Assembly: GCA_025457965.1 (NCBI GenBank)
Contig: JALOTJ010000009.1
Coordinates: 2,961 to 66,960, forward strand
Direction of reading: 5' to 3'
From: Spirochaetota bacterium
GTDB taxonomy: Bacteria; Spirochaetota; UBA4802; UBA5368
DNA: 64,000 nt
The notes below the pieces were generated by a model. The model was not told where the DNA came from and made no database searches. It worked only from the letters and a program-made list of their open reading frames with translations. The position numbers were made by a program, and so were the translations under genes. Below, piece after piece: positions 7,668 through 16,607 of this stretch; position 1 is the stretch's first letter; each line of letters begins with the position of its first letter.

Positions 7668-8090
7668 TCATGCCGCTTCCCGGTCCACCCCCGGGGATTT
7701 CCGATGAACTCCCTTTCCAACCGCGTCCACGGCAAGAATCTTTCCAATGCGGGCCGCCGTATTGGAATCCACCGCACCGTTCAGCGAGAGACTCTGCTCT
7801 TTCAGCACCTGGTCGATGCGGGAGCGCTCGATTATCATGAAGCTTCCATCGGAGACGATCTCGTGGGTCAGCTTTTCGGTGGCATAGCGGCCGTGGGTGT
7901 CGTCGGGTTTGCCGATCACCTCGAAGACGTAAACGGCGACGGTCTTATTGGGCAGTTTTTTTTCGACCCGGGCAAGCTGTTTGGCCATCTTCTTAAACAT
8001 CTCGTCGGCCGTGGAAGAGTCGTCGGCCCGGGATGGCGCGGGATTTATTATAACAGGCATCGCCGCCGCCAGCAGTATGGTTTTCTTCAT
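7668..8090 (-). CDS. secreted protein with CsgG/LpoB/FlgO-like domain (possibly C-terminally short)
   Basis: Signal peptide MKKTILLAAAMPVIINPAPSRA. Pattern TVAVYVFE ... IIERSRIDQVLKEQ ... AARIGKILAVDAV is typical of that periplasmic fold. The ORF ends soon after the GxDAV block. Confidence 0.6.
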   Translation of the reverse strand: MKKTILLAAAMPVIINPAPSRADDSSTADEMFKKMAKQLARVEKKLPNKTVAVYVFEVIGKPDDTHGRYATEKLTHEIVSDGSFMIIERSRIDQVLKEQSLSLNGAVDSNTAARIGKILAVDAVGKGVHRKSPGVDREAA

Positions 8091-8233
8091 GCTTCGTTCC
8101 GGATCTCGTTAGCTTGCTTTCCAATAGGGTTTCTCGGTGCCGACGTCGAAAAAGAAACGGAGACTTCCGTACGGCGCCGTGGCGGCACGCCGTGCGGAGG
8201 CGGTCGGGTCTCTTCGCGAACGCACGGAAAGAC

Positions 8234-10645
8234 CTACTTCACGGCTTTCAGCACCAGCGTATTTTTCGTATGGGCCTGTATCAGCTCGTCGCTGAACCAC
8301 CAGTAGAGTTTTTCCCCGTTCATAAATGGTTCTATCTGGTCGGTGGTATGGCCGTCAAACAGCCTGCCGCACACGCCGCCCGGCAGAACGGCCAGCACTT
8401 TGGAGCTGTCGGCGAGGTCGGCCACCATTCGCATCGAGGCCGTGGTGGTCGCATAGAACGGTTCATTAAATTCGTAAAGCGCGCGGTAAAGTGTCTCTCC
8501 CGAACCGTCCATGGGATGGGAGCCTCCGCCAAGCACGCCCTTCAACGCTCCCTTGCGCATGATGGGGCTGACGAATTCCAGACGGTGCATGTCGCCCCAC
8601 TCCCATCCGGCGGGATCGGATCCATGGTTTCGTCCGAGCTCCGCGAGGATTTCCGCTCCCGCCCGGTGGATGATATCCGCCATGCTTTCCCTGTTTTTAG
8701 TCGTACTATCATCAAACCATTCCGACTTTCCGCCAAGCACCATCTTTTCGAAACGGACCTGCCAGAAATACCAGTTATTGAGCATGGTTTTCGCCAGCTC
8801 CGCACCCAGCTCGTCTTTGAAGGTCAGGTACGCGAACCGCGCGTAGACGGCCTGGAATACGGCCGGCGCGGCGGTGGCCTTATCATCCGCATAGTCCCAT
8901 TCCGAGAGCAGTTTCGCCAGCGCTTCGGTGTCCTTGAACGATGCGAGGCCCCTCGCCAGTACCGGCGCGACTTTTTCCGCCATCAGGTTTTTTATGTCCC
9001 GCTGGAATTTCCAGTGGTCCTCCGCCGTGGTCGTCTTCACCGATGCCATGAGTTCCTTGAGCCGGGCATAGCGATAGTACGGCGAAAAATGGGATGACAT
9101 ATAATACGGGTAGTCCTTTTTCACCGTCTTGTGGTTGCAGGTGCCGAGCCAGCCAGTGGCGGGGTTATACGCCTGGGGCATTTTTTCATACGGTATCCAG
9201 CCTGTCCAGTTGTCGGCGCCGCCCTTCACTTCGTAGGGTACGGTGCCTTCCCCCTGGGAGCGTATGGGGATCCGTCCGGTCGTCTGCCACCCGATGTTTC
9301 CCTTTACATCGGCGAATACAAAGTTCACCATGATCGCCGTGATGTCACCGAGGGCCTTCTTGACATCATGAACCGACCGGACGAAAATGAGGTCCTCGAT
9401 GCCGATTGAGGACCTCATGGTTTCAAACGGAGACCAGCGGAGGCTGATACAACGGGTGGTCTTAAGGTCCGCTAAAACACCCGAAATGACCGGACCCCGC
9501 CGGGTCAGCTTGATTACTATGCGCTCTTCCCGGAATCCCTGAGGCGATTTTTTATCTTTGATTTTCAGCGTTTCGGTGATTTTTACAAATGGCAGTGAGT
9601 TCCCGCCCTCCAGGTAGTTGTCCGGCTTCGCGGGGTCGATCGTCTCCACGTAGAGATCCTGGGCGTCTCCATAGGAATTCGTTATCCCCATTGCGACATA
9701 CTCGTTGCGTCCCATGACCATTCCAGGCACACCGGGCACATTTACGCCGACGGCCCTTACACCCGGAAATATCAGGGCGCTGGGGTACCAGGGGCCTGGC
9801 AGCATCCGGGCATCCAGGTGCGGATCATTCGCGACAATCGGCAATTTTCCCGAGGCGCGCCCTCCGCCCACCGTCCAGTTGTTGCTGCCGATACCGAGCG
9901 GCCTTGAAAACTCGCGGACATATTCCATAAGTTTTGCATCACCGGAAATACGCACCGTGGACGCTTGCGGGTGTCCCGCAGCGGCGACCTGGTTTCCGTC
10001 GGCGTGCACGCCGTCGTCGGGATTTATGTTCAGCGGGAAAATTTCCCGCGCCTTCGCGATGCCGAGCTTCTCGACGAGCATTTGGGTGACCGTTTCGGTT
10101 TGAATGTTCGCGGCGCTGTTCCATCCCATGTAATACATGATTGCCAGGGAATCCTCGATGGTCCACGGCCCCGGTTTTATGCCGGCAAGCTTGAACTCGA
10201 GATGGTGGCTTTTACCGTGGTCCCGTATATATTCATTTACGCCATCGAGATACGCCTGCAGCATTTCCCTCGTCTTTTTGCTCAGCATACCGGCGTGTTT
10301 TTTGGCGTTCCTGTGAAAGCCGAGTGTCCTCATCCTGACGTCTGTTTCGCGGCCGACCTCTCCCGCCAGCTCGGAAATTCTGCCTGTGGCGAACAGTTTT
10401 GTAAGCTCCATCTGGAAGAGGCGGTCCTGGGCTGTAACGAATCCCTGCGCGTAAAACGCGTCATGGGAATTCGCCGCGTAAATATACGCCATTCCCTTCT
10501 CATCCCGAACAACCTTGACGGAATCGGTCAATCCCTTGAGCGCCAGTTCGCCGCCGCGCTGAAAGCTGTTGCTTCTGTACAGCAGCAGCGAAAGGACAAC
10601 CGAAAGCACCACCAGTACCAGTACAGCCGTCTTAACCCATTTCAT
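8234..10645 (-). CDS. penicillin acylase / acyl-homoserine-lactone acylase family Ntn hydrolase
   Basis: About 800 aa with signal-anchor MKWVKTAVLVLVVLSVVLSLLL from ATG 10645. Autoprocessing/nucleophile motif GIGSNNWTV. Confidence 0.85.
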   Translation of the reverse strand: MKWVKTAVLVLVVLSVVLSLLLYRSNSFQRGGELALKGLTDSVKVVRDEKGMAYIYAANSHDAFYAQGFVTAQDRLFQMELTKLFATGRISELAGEVGRETDVRMRTLGFHRNAKKHAGMLSKKTREMLQAYLDGVNEYIRDHGKSHHLEFKLAGIKPGPWTIEDSLAIMYYMGWNSAANIQTETVTQMLVEKLGIAKAREIFPLNINPDDGVHADGNQVAAAGHPQASTVRISGDAKLMEYVREFSRPLGIGSNNWTVGGGRASGKLPIVANDPHLDARMLPGPWYPSALIFPGVRAVGVNVPGVPGMVMGRNEYVAMGITNSYGDAQDLYVETIDPAKPDNYLEGGNSLPFVKITETLKIKDKKSPQGFREERIVIKLTRRGPVISGVLADLKTTRCISLRWSPFETMRSSIGIEDLIFVRSVHDVKKALGDITAIMVNFVFADVKGNIGWQTTGRIPIRSQGEGTVPYEVKGGADNWTGWIPYEKMPQAYNPATGWLGTCNHKTVKKDYPYYMSSHFSPYYRYARLKELMASVKTTTAEDHWKFQRDIKNLMAEKVAPVLARGLASFKDTEALAKLLSEWDYADDKATAAPAVFQAVYARFAYLTFKDELGAELAKTMLNNWYFWQVRFEKMVLGGKSEWFDDSTTKNRESMADIIHRAGAEILAELGRNHGSDPAGWEWGDMHRLEFVSPIMRKGALKGVLGGGSHPMDGSGETLYRALYEFNEPFYATTTASMRMVADLADSSKVLAVLPGGVCGRLFDGHTTDQIEPFMNGEKLYWWFSDELIQAHTKNTLVLKAVK

Positions 10646-10878
10646 GACCAACCTGCCCTGTGCCAGCATTGAAATTTTATCCCGCCGGACGTCAGCGGCG
10701 GGTGTGGGACCGGTGGACCCGGCACCCCGCACGGGAGCGCAATCCGTGTCCCCGTGCTCCTGCAGTATACGAGGGAGAGCGAATTGGGTAAAGAATTTAA
10801 TTCAGGGATGGATCTGAAAATAGGTATTCGCGGCGTATCGGGGCATTTAGTCGCGCGGCATAATTCCGTCCGATTATC

Positions 10879-11625
10879 TTAAAACCTCATCTCAACGCCG
10901 AAAACGGCGTAGTGAAACATTGAAAAGGTGTACACCGTGTCATTATCGGCCCCGCCTTCAAGAATACGGTACCCGACCATAAGCGCCGCACCCTCGTTAA
11001 ACCTGTATAACAAACCCGCAAAAATATCCTCTGCCCTTCCGTAGGGCGACCAGGCCGCGTCGCCATACGTGAGGAGCGAGTACGATGGAGAGATTATCCA
11101 TTCGAGGTAGTAATTGAGAAGCGGGACGAATCCCGTATTGTCGAGCCCTCCCTTCTGGCCGCCGCCCTCGAGGGAGATCTCGGCGTCCCGTATTTTGCCC
11201 GTGATGCCGGCGCCGAGTTTCACGCTGTCGTTGATCAGAAAATAATATCGATACGTCGCCCGGTACGAATCGAACCTGAATCCTGCTTTTACATCGGTGC
11301 CCGCAGCGAACGTTTTACCATCGAAGTCGATTGCGCGGTCCAGCCTGCCGTCCGCTTCGATCCGGAGCCAGGAGGCCATAAACCCGGCGTAGTGTCTGCC
11401 GGCAAACTCGTACCCCGTCTCGATGCGCGGGGAAAAAACGATGTCCGAACCGAGGTCGTCGGTGTACGAGAACCTGGTCCCCGTATCGCCGGGGAGTGCG
11501 ACGTCGTTTCGGGAGGAGTATACCGCCGCACCCTGGAATGTCGTGATGAATTTCGCCATGGCGGGGACCGGGAGCGCCATCAGCACTGCCACTAATGAAC
11601 GTATGAGCGGTGTTCTTATATTCAT
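10879..11625 (-). CDS. outer-membrane beta-barrel protein
   Basis: Signal peptide MNIRTPLIRSLVAVLMALPVPAMA. Alternating aromatic/hydrophilic strands. C-terminal ...GVEMRF ends in Phe. Confidence 0.75.
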   Translation of the reverse strand: MNIRTPLIRSLVAVLMALPVPAMAKFITTFQGAAVYSSRNDVALPGDTGTRFSYTDDLGSDIVFSPRIETGYEFAGRHYAGFMASWLRIEADGRLDRAIDFDGKTFAAGTDVKAGFRFDSYRATYRYYFLINDSVKLGAGITGKIRDAEISLEGGGQKGGLDNTGFVPLLNYYLEWIISPSYSLLTYGDAAWSPYGRAEDIFAGLLYRFNEGAALMVGYRILEGGADNDTVYTFSMFHYAVFGVEMRF

Positions 11626-11840
11626 GCTTTATGCCTTCATCGCTATTTTTATAGAACGATCTCCGGGCACTCCGATTAAGGGTGCCGCCGGTGCTTTAAA
11701 TCAGTCACTCCATGCCGCCGGAGTACTGTAGAGAACTTCAGACGAGCCCGAAACAGGGTTACATCGTTTAGAAAATATACCGCTTTTGATTGATTTCGTC
11801 AAATAACTTGCGGGTTGTATTCGGAAAGGAGTGCTGATCC

Positions 11841-12269
11841 TTACTCCTTGACGTCGAGCCATTCCCGCAAACAGCGCGCGGCATCGTCCCGGGGAATCGG
11901 CGTCCTCCCCGTGGAATAGAGCCCTATGCGCATGGAGATGATGCTGCCGTTCGCCCAGGGCCACCAGGCCGCGAGCAGGATAAAGTCGCCGTTCGCCTCG
12001 GCCGCGAATATGAGCTGCCCCGGGCGGATATCGAAGGTCGAGTCGACAATGCCGCGCACGCGCTGTGACGCCTCGGCGATGCTAGTGGCGTCCCAGTGCT
12101 GGACGAACTCGTTAATGACGGTGCCGAATACGCGCTCTTTTACGGCCGCATCGAAGGCCATCAGCGCGGCGTTGAAACGGTCATCCCATTTCCACGAATG
12201 GCCGTGCGGCGTTCCTTCGGCGATCCGGGTGCAGATTTCACGAAAGCGGTCAAGGTTTTGAGTGTTCAT
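11841..12269 (-). CDS. hypothetical protein
   Basis: Protein-like composition from MNTQNLDRFREICTRIAEG... The longer ORF-track start (12392) would run through the promoter of the divergent gene. No SD seen, so the start is uncertain. Confidence 0.55.
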   Translation of the reverse strand: MNTQNLDRFREICTRIAEGTPHGHSWKWDDRFNAALMAFDAAVKERVFGTVINEFVQHWDATSIAEASQRVRGIVDSTFDIRPGQLIFAAEANGDFILLAAWWPWANGSIISMRIGLYSTGRTPIPRDDAARCLREWLDVKE

Positions 12270-12369
12270 GGACCGAGCGTATACCAGCGAAGGCTGAATG
12301 TCAAGCCGCGGGCGGGAGCCCGGGACCGTGCCACTGCCGGTGAAATACCCGAATAGTGCTGGTTTCAAT

Positions 12370-12398
12370 TTGCATTTCCTTAACAACAACACTATACT
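12370..12398 (+). promoter_or_regulatory. sigma70-like promoter for the GlsB/YeaQ/YmgE gene
   Basis: TTGCAT (12370-12375), 17 nt, TATACT (12393-12398), then GGAGGAAGG SD and ATG 12431. Confidence 0.5.
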
Positions 12399-12430
12399 AA
12401 ATGTAAATACAATAAAATACGGAGGAAGGT

Positions 12431-12679
12431 ATGAGCCTTGAATCCATTCTGATATTTTTGGTGATCGGAGCGATCGCCGGATGGCTTGCCGGAGTAATTA
12501 TGAAAGGCGGCGGATTCGGCCTTGCCGGCGATATCGTTATCGGAATCATAGGGGCGTTTATCGGCGGCGTGCTGTTCAGATTTCTTGGAGTAGCGGCGGG
12601 AGGGTTCGTCGGCTCCATAGTGATCGCGCTTGTCGGAGCGATTGTTTTGCTGTTCATTCTCAGGCTTGTAAGGAGATGA
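12431..12679 (+). CDS. GlsB/YeaQ/YmgE family (transglycosylase-associated) small membrane stress protein
   Basis: 82 aa, IFLVIGAIAGWLAGVIMKGGGFGLAGDIVIGIIGAFIGGVLF pattern. Strong SD. Confidence 0.9.
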   Translation: MSLESILIFLVIGAIAGWLAGVIMKGGGFGLAGDIVIGIIGAFIGGVLFRFLGVAAGGFVGSIVIALVGAIVLLFILRLVRR

Positions 12680-12845
12680 GTATGGTTTGTTGAAGCAGGC
12701 GGGTCATGGCAGTACCGCCTGTTCAAACCGGGTTACTGCAAAACCAAAATGACTCGTGTTTCATTGATGGCATCGAGAGACCGCCGGATTTCGCCTTGTC
12801 CGCCTTCCTGAACGCCAGGCCATTCCTTCAACCGCCGGCCGGTAC

Positions 12846-13523
12846 TCACTTCCTGATGCGGGCGAGTATCTTTTCGTCTCTAAGCTCCCTGAGCGCGTCG
12901 GCGGCGATCCAGCGCGCGGTGCGCGAATCGATCTTCGCGATTTCGGCGGCCGTGCGGATGGCCTTTTTATTAAGGGCCATGTTCCGCTTGCCGATCTGTC
13001 GCAACGCCCAGTTGACCGCCTTGCGCACGAAGTTGCGATCGTCGGTGGATTGTTTCTTTATGATTGTCAGAAATTTTTCAAAGACCTCGTCGCCGGATGT
13101 CCTGTCGTGTACCGCGAGTACGGCCATCAGCGCGAAGCCGGAGCGCTTTACGAACTCTACCTCGCGCGCGCTCAATCTGGAGGCCAACTCGTGCGCGAAG
13201 GACAGGCGTTGAAAGAGATTGAGGCAGCACTGGTCGCAGACGTCCCACGAGTCGAAGTCCGCGACCCATTTTTCGGCCTGTTTCTCCGTGACCGCGTCGG
13301 GCTCCTCGAGGAGCGTTGCGAGGATGCGCGCCTCGTGGACGCCGCTCGCCCAGAGCTTTCCCGCCAGAGCGTGATCGCGGCCGCATTCCTTCGCGAGCGC
13401 GCGGAGCTTCGGCATGGAGACGCCGAGAGCTTTGCCGGTGCGGATGCCGAAACGCTCCATGCCCGCGCGCGCGTTCGGATCGGCCAGGTCCTCGAGGCGG
13501 GCGATGACCTGGTCAGCGGTCAC
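12846..13523 (-). CDS. DNA alkylation repair enzyme family (AlkD-like HEAT-repeat) protein
   Basis: LEDLADPNARAGMERFGI ... LGVSMPKLRALAKE ... LWASGVHEARILA ... DFDSWDVCDQCC matches that family. GTG start overlaps the upstream stop (GTGA). GGAAGG SD. Confidence 0.8.
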   Translation of the reverse strand: MTADQVIARLEDLADPNARAGMERFGIRTGKALGVSMPKLRALAKECGRDHALAGKLWASGVHEARILATLLEEPDAVTEKQAEKWVADFDSWDVCDQCCLNLFQRLSFAHELASRLSAREVEFVKRSGFALMAVLAVHDRTSGDEVFEKFLTIIKKQSTDDRNFVRKAVNWALRQIGKRNMALNKKAIRTAAEIAKIDSRTARWIAADALRELRDEKILARIRK

Positions 13524-13723
13524 GGCGCCTTCCAGACATTGACAGCGGGATTGTCATTACAGCTTTTACAAAAGACCCTGGGGTCGCCATGTCCGCAGCC
13601 GTAGCACCACAGGTCGAAGACGCGGCAGTCCGCACAGAGGGCCCTGCCGCAGCCGTTGCAGAGCACCACGGCCTCCTTCGTCTTACAGGCCTCGCAGGTC
13701 CTGTTTGCCACGACGGTGATCAT
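13520..13723 (-). CDS. 67-aa cysteine-rich zinc-ribbon/B-box-like mini-protein (5 x CxxC)
   Basis: MITVVANRTCEACKTKEAVVLCNGCGRALCADCRVFDLWCYGCGHGDPRVFCKSCNDNPAVNVWKAP. GGGGGAGG SD. ATGA overlap with the upstream gene and GTGA overlap with the downstream gene. It is the C-terminal part of ORF-track entry 13520..14395. Confidence 0.65.
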   Translation of the reverse strand: MITVVANRTCEACKTKEAVVLCNGCGRALCADCRVFDLWCYGCGHGDPRVFCKSCNDNPAVNVWKAP

Positions 13724-14622
13724 GCCGCCTCCCCCTCGATGATATGGATGGCGCGCGGATAGACGAGCGCGACGATGGCGTAGAGCTCCCAGGCGAAGGG
13801 GATGAATCCGAGGTAGCCGAGAACCGGCATCTCGAAGAGCTTGATGTGCCCCAGGATGGGAACGGTATAGTGCCATTTGGTGTGAGCCCAGTAGTTCCAG
13901 AATTCCCACAGGTAGCCGCAGAGCAGGCCCGCCAGGCCGAGAACAACGAGCGGGCGGTAGTCGCCGCGCGACATGTTCCGCAAAAGTGACGGATTTCCCA
14001 TGAGGAAATTTACCGGTTCCAGGAGCAGTGCGAAGCCCAGCCACACGAACGCGGCGGTGAACTCGGAGTAATAGGTGTTTGCCGCCCATGTGAGAAACGA
14101 AAAGAGCGTGGCGTCCGCCGCGCGATTGACATAGTACATCGAGAACGGAATGATCGGAATAAACAGAAAGAGGAGCCCGGTGAGAAACAGCGCGGTGAGC
14201 GCGCGCCGGCCAACGGGCAAGGGCCGTGCGGAGACGTTTCCGACGAGCGTCAGCATCACGCCATATAACAGAAAAATTCCGGGGATGATCGTGGCGAACG
14301 ACCAGATGTACGCCGGGTAGAGGAGCCACGACGATTCGACGAGATTTTCGTAATGCCAGTTCGAGAGAAATATGTTGAACCATTCGAACACCCACCAGCC
14401 GATGACGGAAATGACCGCGACCGGGACGATGGCCCCCGTGCGGACAAGCGAGCGGCGCGCCGCGCCGTAGAGCACCGCATCGAGCACGAGGATGAGCCCC
14501 GTCCAGAAGACCGGCGTGGCCCAGGTGGTCACCTGTTGCAGGTCAAGAAAGATGAACAGCTGCATGAAGAGTATGAGAAGCACTCCGATGTAGACGTAAA
14601 AGGGATAGGTGCGCGATGCCAT
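13720..14622 (-). CDS. polytopic membrane protein of unknown family
   Basis: 300 aa, about 8 hydrophobic segments. Two copies of an aromatic motif: FEWFNIFLSNWHY and WEFWNYWAHTKWHY. Confidence 0.75.
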   Translation of the reverse strand: MASRTYPFYVYIGVLLILFMQLFIFLDLQQVTTWATPVFWTGLILVLDAVLYGAARRSLVRTGAIVPVAVISVIGWWVFEWFNIFLSNWHYENLVESSWLLYPAYIWSFATIIPGIFLLYGVMLTLVGNVSARPLPVGRRALTALFLTGLLFLFIPIIPFSMYYVNRAADATLFSFLTWAANTYYSEFTAAFVWLGFALLLEPVNFLMGNPSLLRNMSRGDYRPLVVLGLAGLLCGYLWEFWNYWAHTKWHYTVPILGHIKLFEMPVLGYLGFIPFAWELYAIVALVYPRAIHIIEGEAA

Positions 14623-14924
14623 GATGACGCTCCATTCGTTCGTCGTGATTGAAGGCTACCGCCGGGCCCGGCACAGCGCAAGGAATTTATTACGGCGTGG
14701 GGACGTCCGGCAGCCTCCCTGCGATGACAGGCTTCAGGAAATACCCTGTCCTTGCGAGCCCCGGCGGTATCGGGGCGCGGCAATCTCTCTTTGCGCGCGG
14801 CTCTATGATTCAACGTGGTGTCTTTTGAGACCGCCAGGTCGGCCTGCGGCGTTCTCGCGATGCCGGCGGTCCCACGGTATTTTACGTTTGTCCCTCTTGG
14901 CCTTCTCCGCTATGCGAAAATTCC

Positions 14925-14953
14925 TTGACTGTATAGAGCATATACTCTATTTA
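14925..14953 (+). promoter_or_regulatory. sigma70-like promoter with embedded inverted repeat (candidate TetR operator)
   Basis: TTGACT (14925-14930), 17 nt, TATTTA (14948-14953). Inverted repeat ATAGAG (14933-14938) / CTCTAT (14945-14950) sits in the spacer and -10 region. Confidence 0.45.
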
Positions 14954-14973
14954 TGGAACCGGGACGAGGACAC

Positions 14974-15588
14974 ATGAAAACACGGGACCGCATCATCGAG
15001 GCGGCGAGGGCGCTCTTCAACGAGAAGGGGGCGTCACGCGTCACGACCAACCACATCGCCGCGGCCATGGGGATCAGCCCGGGGAACCTTTATTACCATT
15101 TCCGCGACAAGGAGGAGATCATCCGCGAGATCTTCAGGCGCATCGTTGCCGACTTCGACGTTCTCTACAGTGTTCCGAAAGATTTCACCCCGACGGTCAC
15201 GGGCTTTTTCGCAATATTCACCAGCACCTGCGACCTCTATTACACATACCGCTTTTTTTACCTGGAGCTGGCTACGCTTTTGGGGCGCGACGGAGAGCTT
15301 AAAAAGAAATACCTGGCGAACCTGCGCGCGCGCTTCCGCCAGCAGAAGGTTTTTTACGCGATGCTCGCCGACGCCGGGATCATCAGGGCCTCGTCGGAGA
15401 AGGAGCTCGTTGCCAACCTCACCAACGGCTGGATCGTCAGCGACTTCTGGCTCACCTGGCTTTATATAAGCGACGCGAAGATCACGCCCGAGCGCATCGG
15501 CGAGAGCGCGCTGCAGATATATTTTCTGCTCAAACCGCATCTCACGGCGAAAGCGCTTGCCGAGGTGGAGTCCCTGCTCGACGGGTGA
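14974..15588 (+). CDS. TetR/AcrR family transcriptional regulator
   Basis: N-terminal HTH RIIEAARALFNEKGASRVTTNHIAAAMGISPGNLYYHF. GAGGA SD before ATG 14974. Confidence 0.9.
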   Translation: MKTRDRIIEAARALFNEKGASRVTTNHIAAAMGISPGNLYYHFRDKEEIIREIFRRIVADFDVLYSVPKDFTPTVTGFFAIFTSTCDLYYTYRFFYLELATLLGRDGELKKKYLANLRARFRQQKVFYAMLADAGIIRASSEKELVANLTNGWIVSDFWLTWLYISDAKITPERIGESALQIYFLLKPHLTAKALAEVESLLDG

Positions 15589-15772
15589 GAAAAAGCACCA
15601 TGCCCCGCGTGTGATTGCTTTCGGCGATGTACGGCCCCCAAATTATTCTTTACGCGGTCACTCCTGCGATGATACTATCGAAACGCATTCAATCGGAACA
15701 GATATAACCGATCGAACCACCGCCATCGTCAGCTGTTTCCGCTTTGAAGATTTCGGCAGGCAGGAGGTATTC

Positions 15773-16582
15773 ATGCGCATGCGCTCGGAATTGTCATGTG
15801 TTGTCGCGGTTGTTCTTGCCCTCACGGTCGCCGGCTGTGGCACCTCGAGAACGGTGAAGAAGGATTCCGTAAAATCGATTAAAAATGTCGCCATCATCAG
15901 TGTCTATTGTCCGGCCGCGATTACCATCGATAACCAGCGGCAGGCGGTCGGCTTTCATGCCGTCGACGCGGCGGTGCAGGCAAAGATGAAGCGGGCCGAG
16001 GCCATGGCAGAGTTCAGGCCCCGTGGCCTGTTTTTACTGAACAAGGCGCATTTGGAGGCGGTGGAGCAGTTTTCGAGGGCGTTTTCTTGGCGGGTGCAGC
16101 CCGTCACCGCGTCGATAAAGGCAGGTCAGTACGATCTGTTGCGGCAATGGTCACAGGAGCGGCGCGAAAAGTCGTTTCCGATGATGATGGGTTTCGACGG
16201 CGTCGCCTTCCTCTGGGTGGGGAAGCAGGATGCCTCGCTCAAAGCGCTTTTGAAAGAGTGCTGCGAAAAGTCCGGGTACGACGCGGTCATGATACTCAGC
16301 TTCGATTTCGCCTACAGCAAGAGCTGGTTCGGCAAGTCGGGGATTTCGGCCAAGGCCCGCACGTTCGTCGGAGTCCAGATCGTCGACCGCAACGGCGAGC
16401 TGGTCGTGGCCACCGATAGGGCCGATGAAAGGGAGCGCGAATACTCCGTGATGGCCGATGATACCATGCCGCTGAAGGGATGGACGGCGGACATCAACGA
16501 TTCGACGATAAAGACTTTCGATTCGGCGACGAAGAACAGCGTCGCGAACTTGATTTCTCTGTTGAAAAACGAGCTGTACTGA
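15773..16582 (+). CDS. lipoprotein of unknown function
   Basis: AGGAGG SD. MRMRSELSCVVAVVLALTVAGCG contains a lipobox. The longer ORF-track start (15557) lacks support. Confidence 0.75.
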   Translation: MRMRSELSCVVAVVLALTVAGCGTSRTVKKDSVKSIKNVAIISVYCPAAITIDNQRQAVGFHAVDAAVQAKMKRAEAMAEFRPRGLFLLNKAHLEAVEQFSRAFSWRVQPVTASIKAGQYDLLRQWSQERREKSFPMMMGFDGVAFLWVGKQDASLKALLKECCEKSGYDAVMILSFDFAYSKSWFGKSGISAKARTFVGVQIVDRNGELVVATDRADEREREYSVMADDTMPLKGWTADINDSTIKTFDSATKNSVANLISLLKNELY

Positions 16583-16607
16583 CCGTTCCGTCGGATGCGG
16601 CCCTCGC

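Noticed and set aside
13520-14395. 291-aa form of the ORF containing the Cys-rich mini-protein
   Set aside because: The upstream roughly 220 codons overlap the 300-aa membrane protein in another frame and look like off-frame sequence. Only the last 67 codons have their own SD/ATG and a coherent CxxC pattern.
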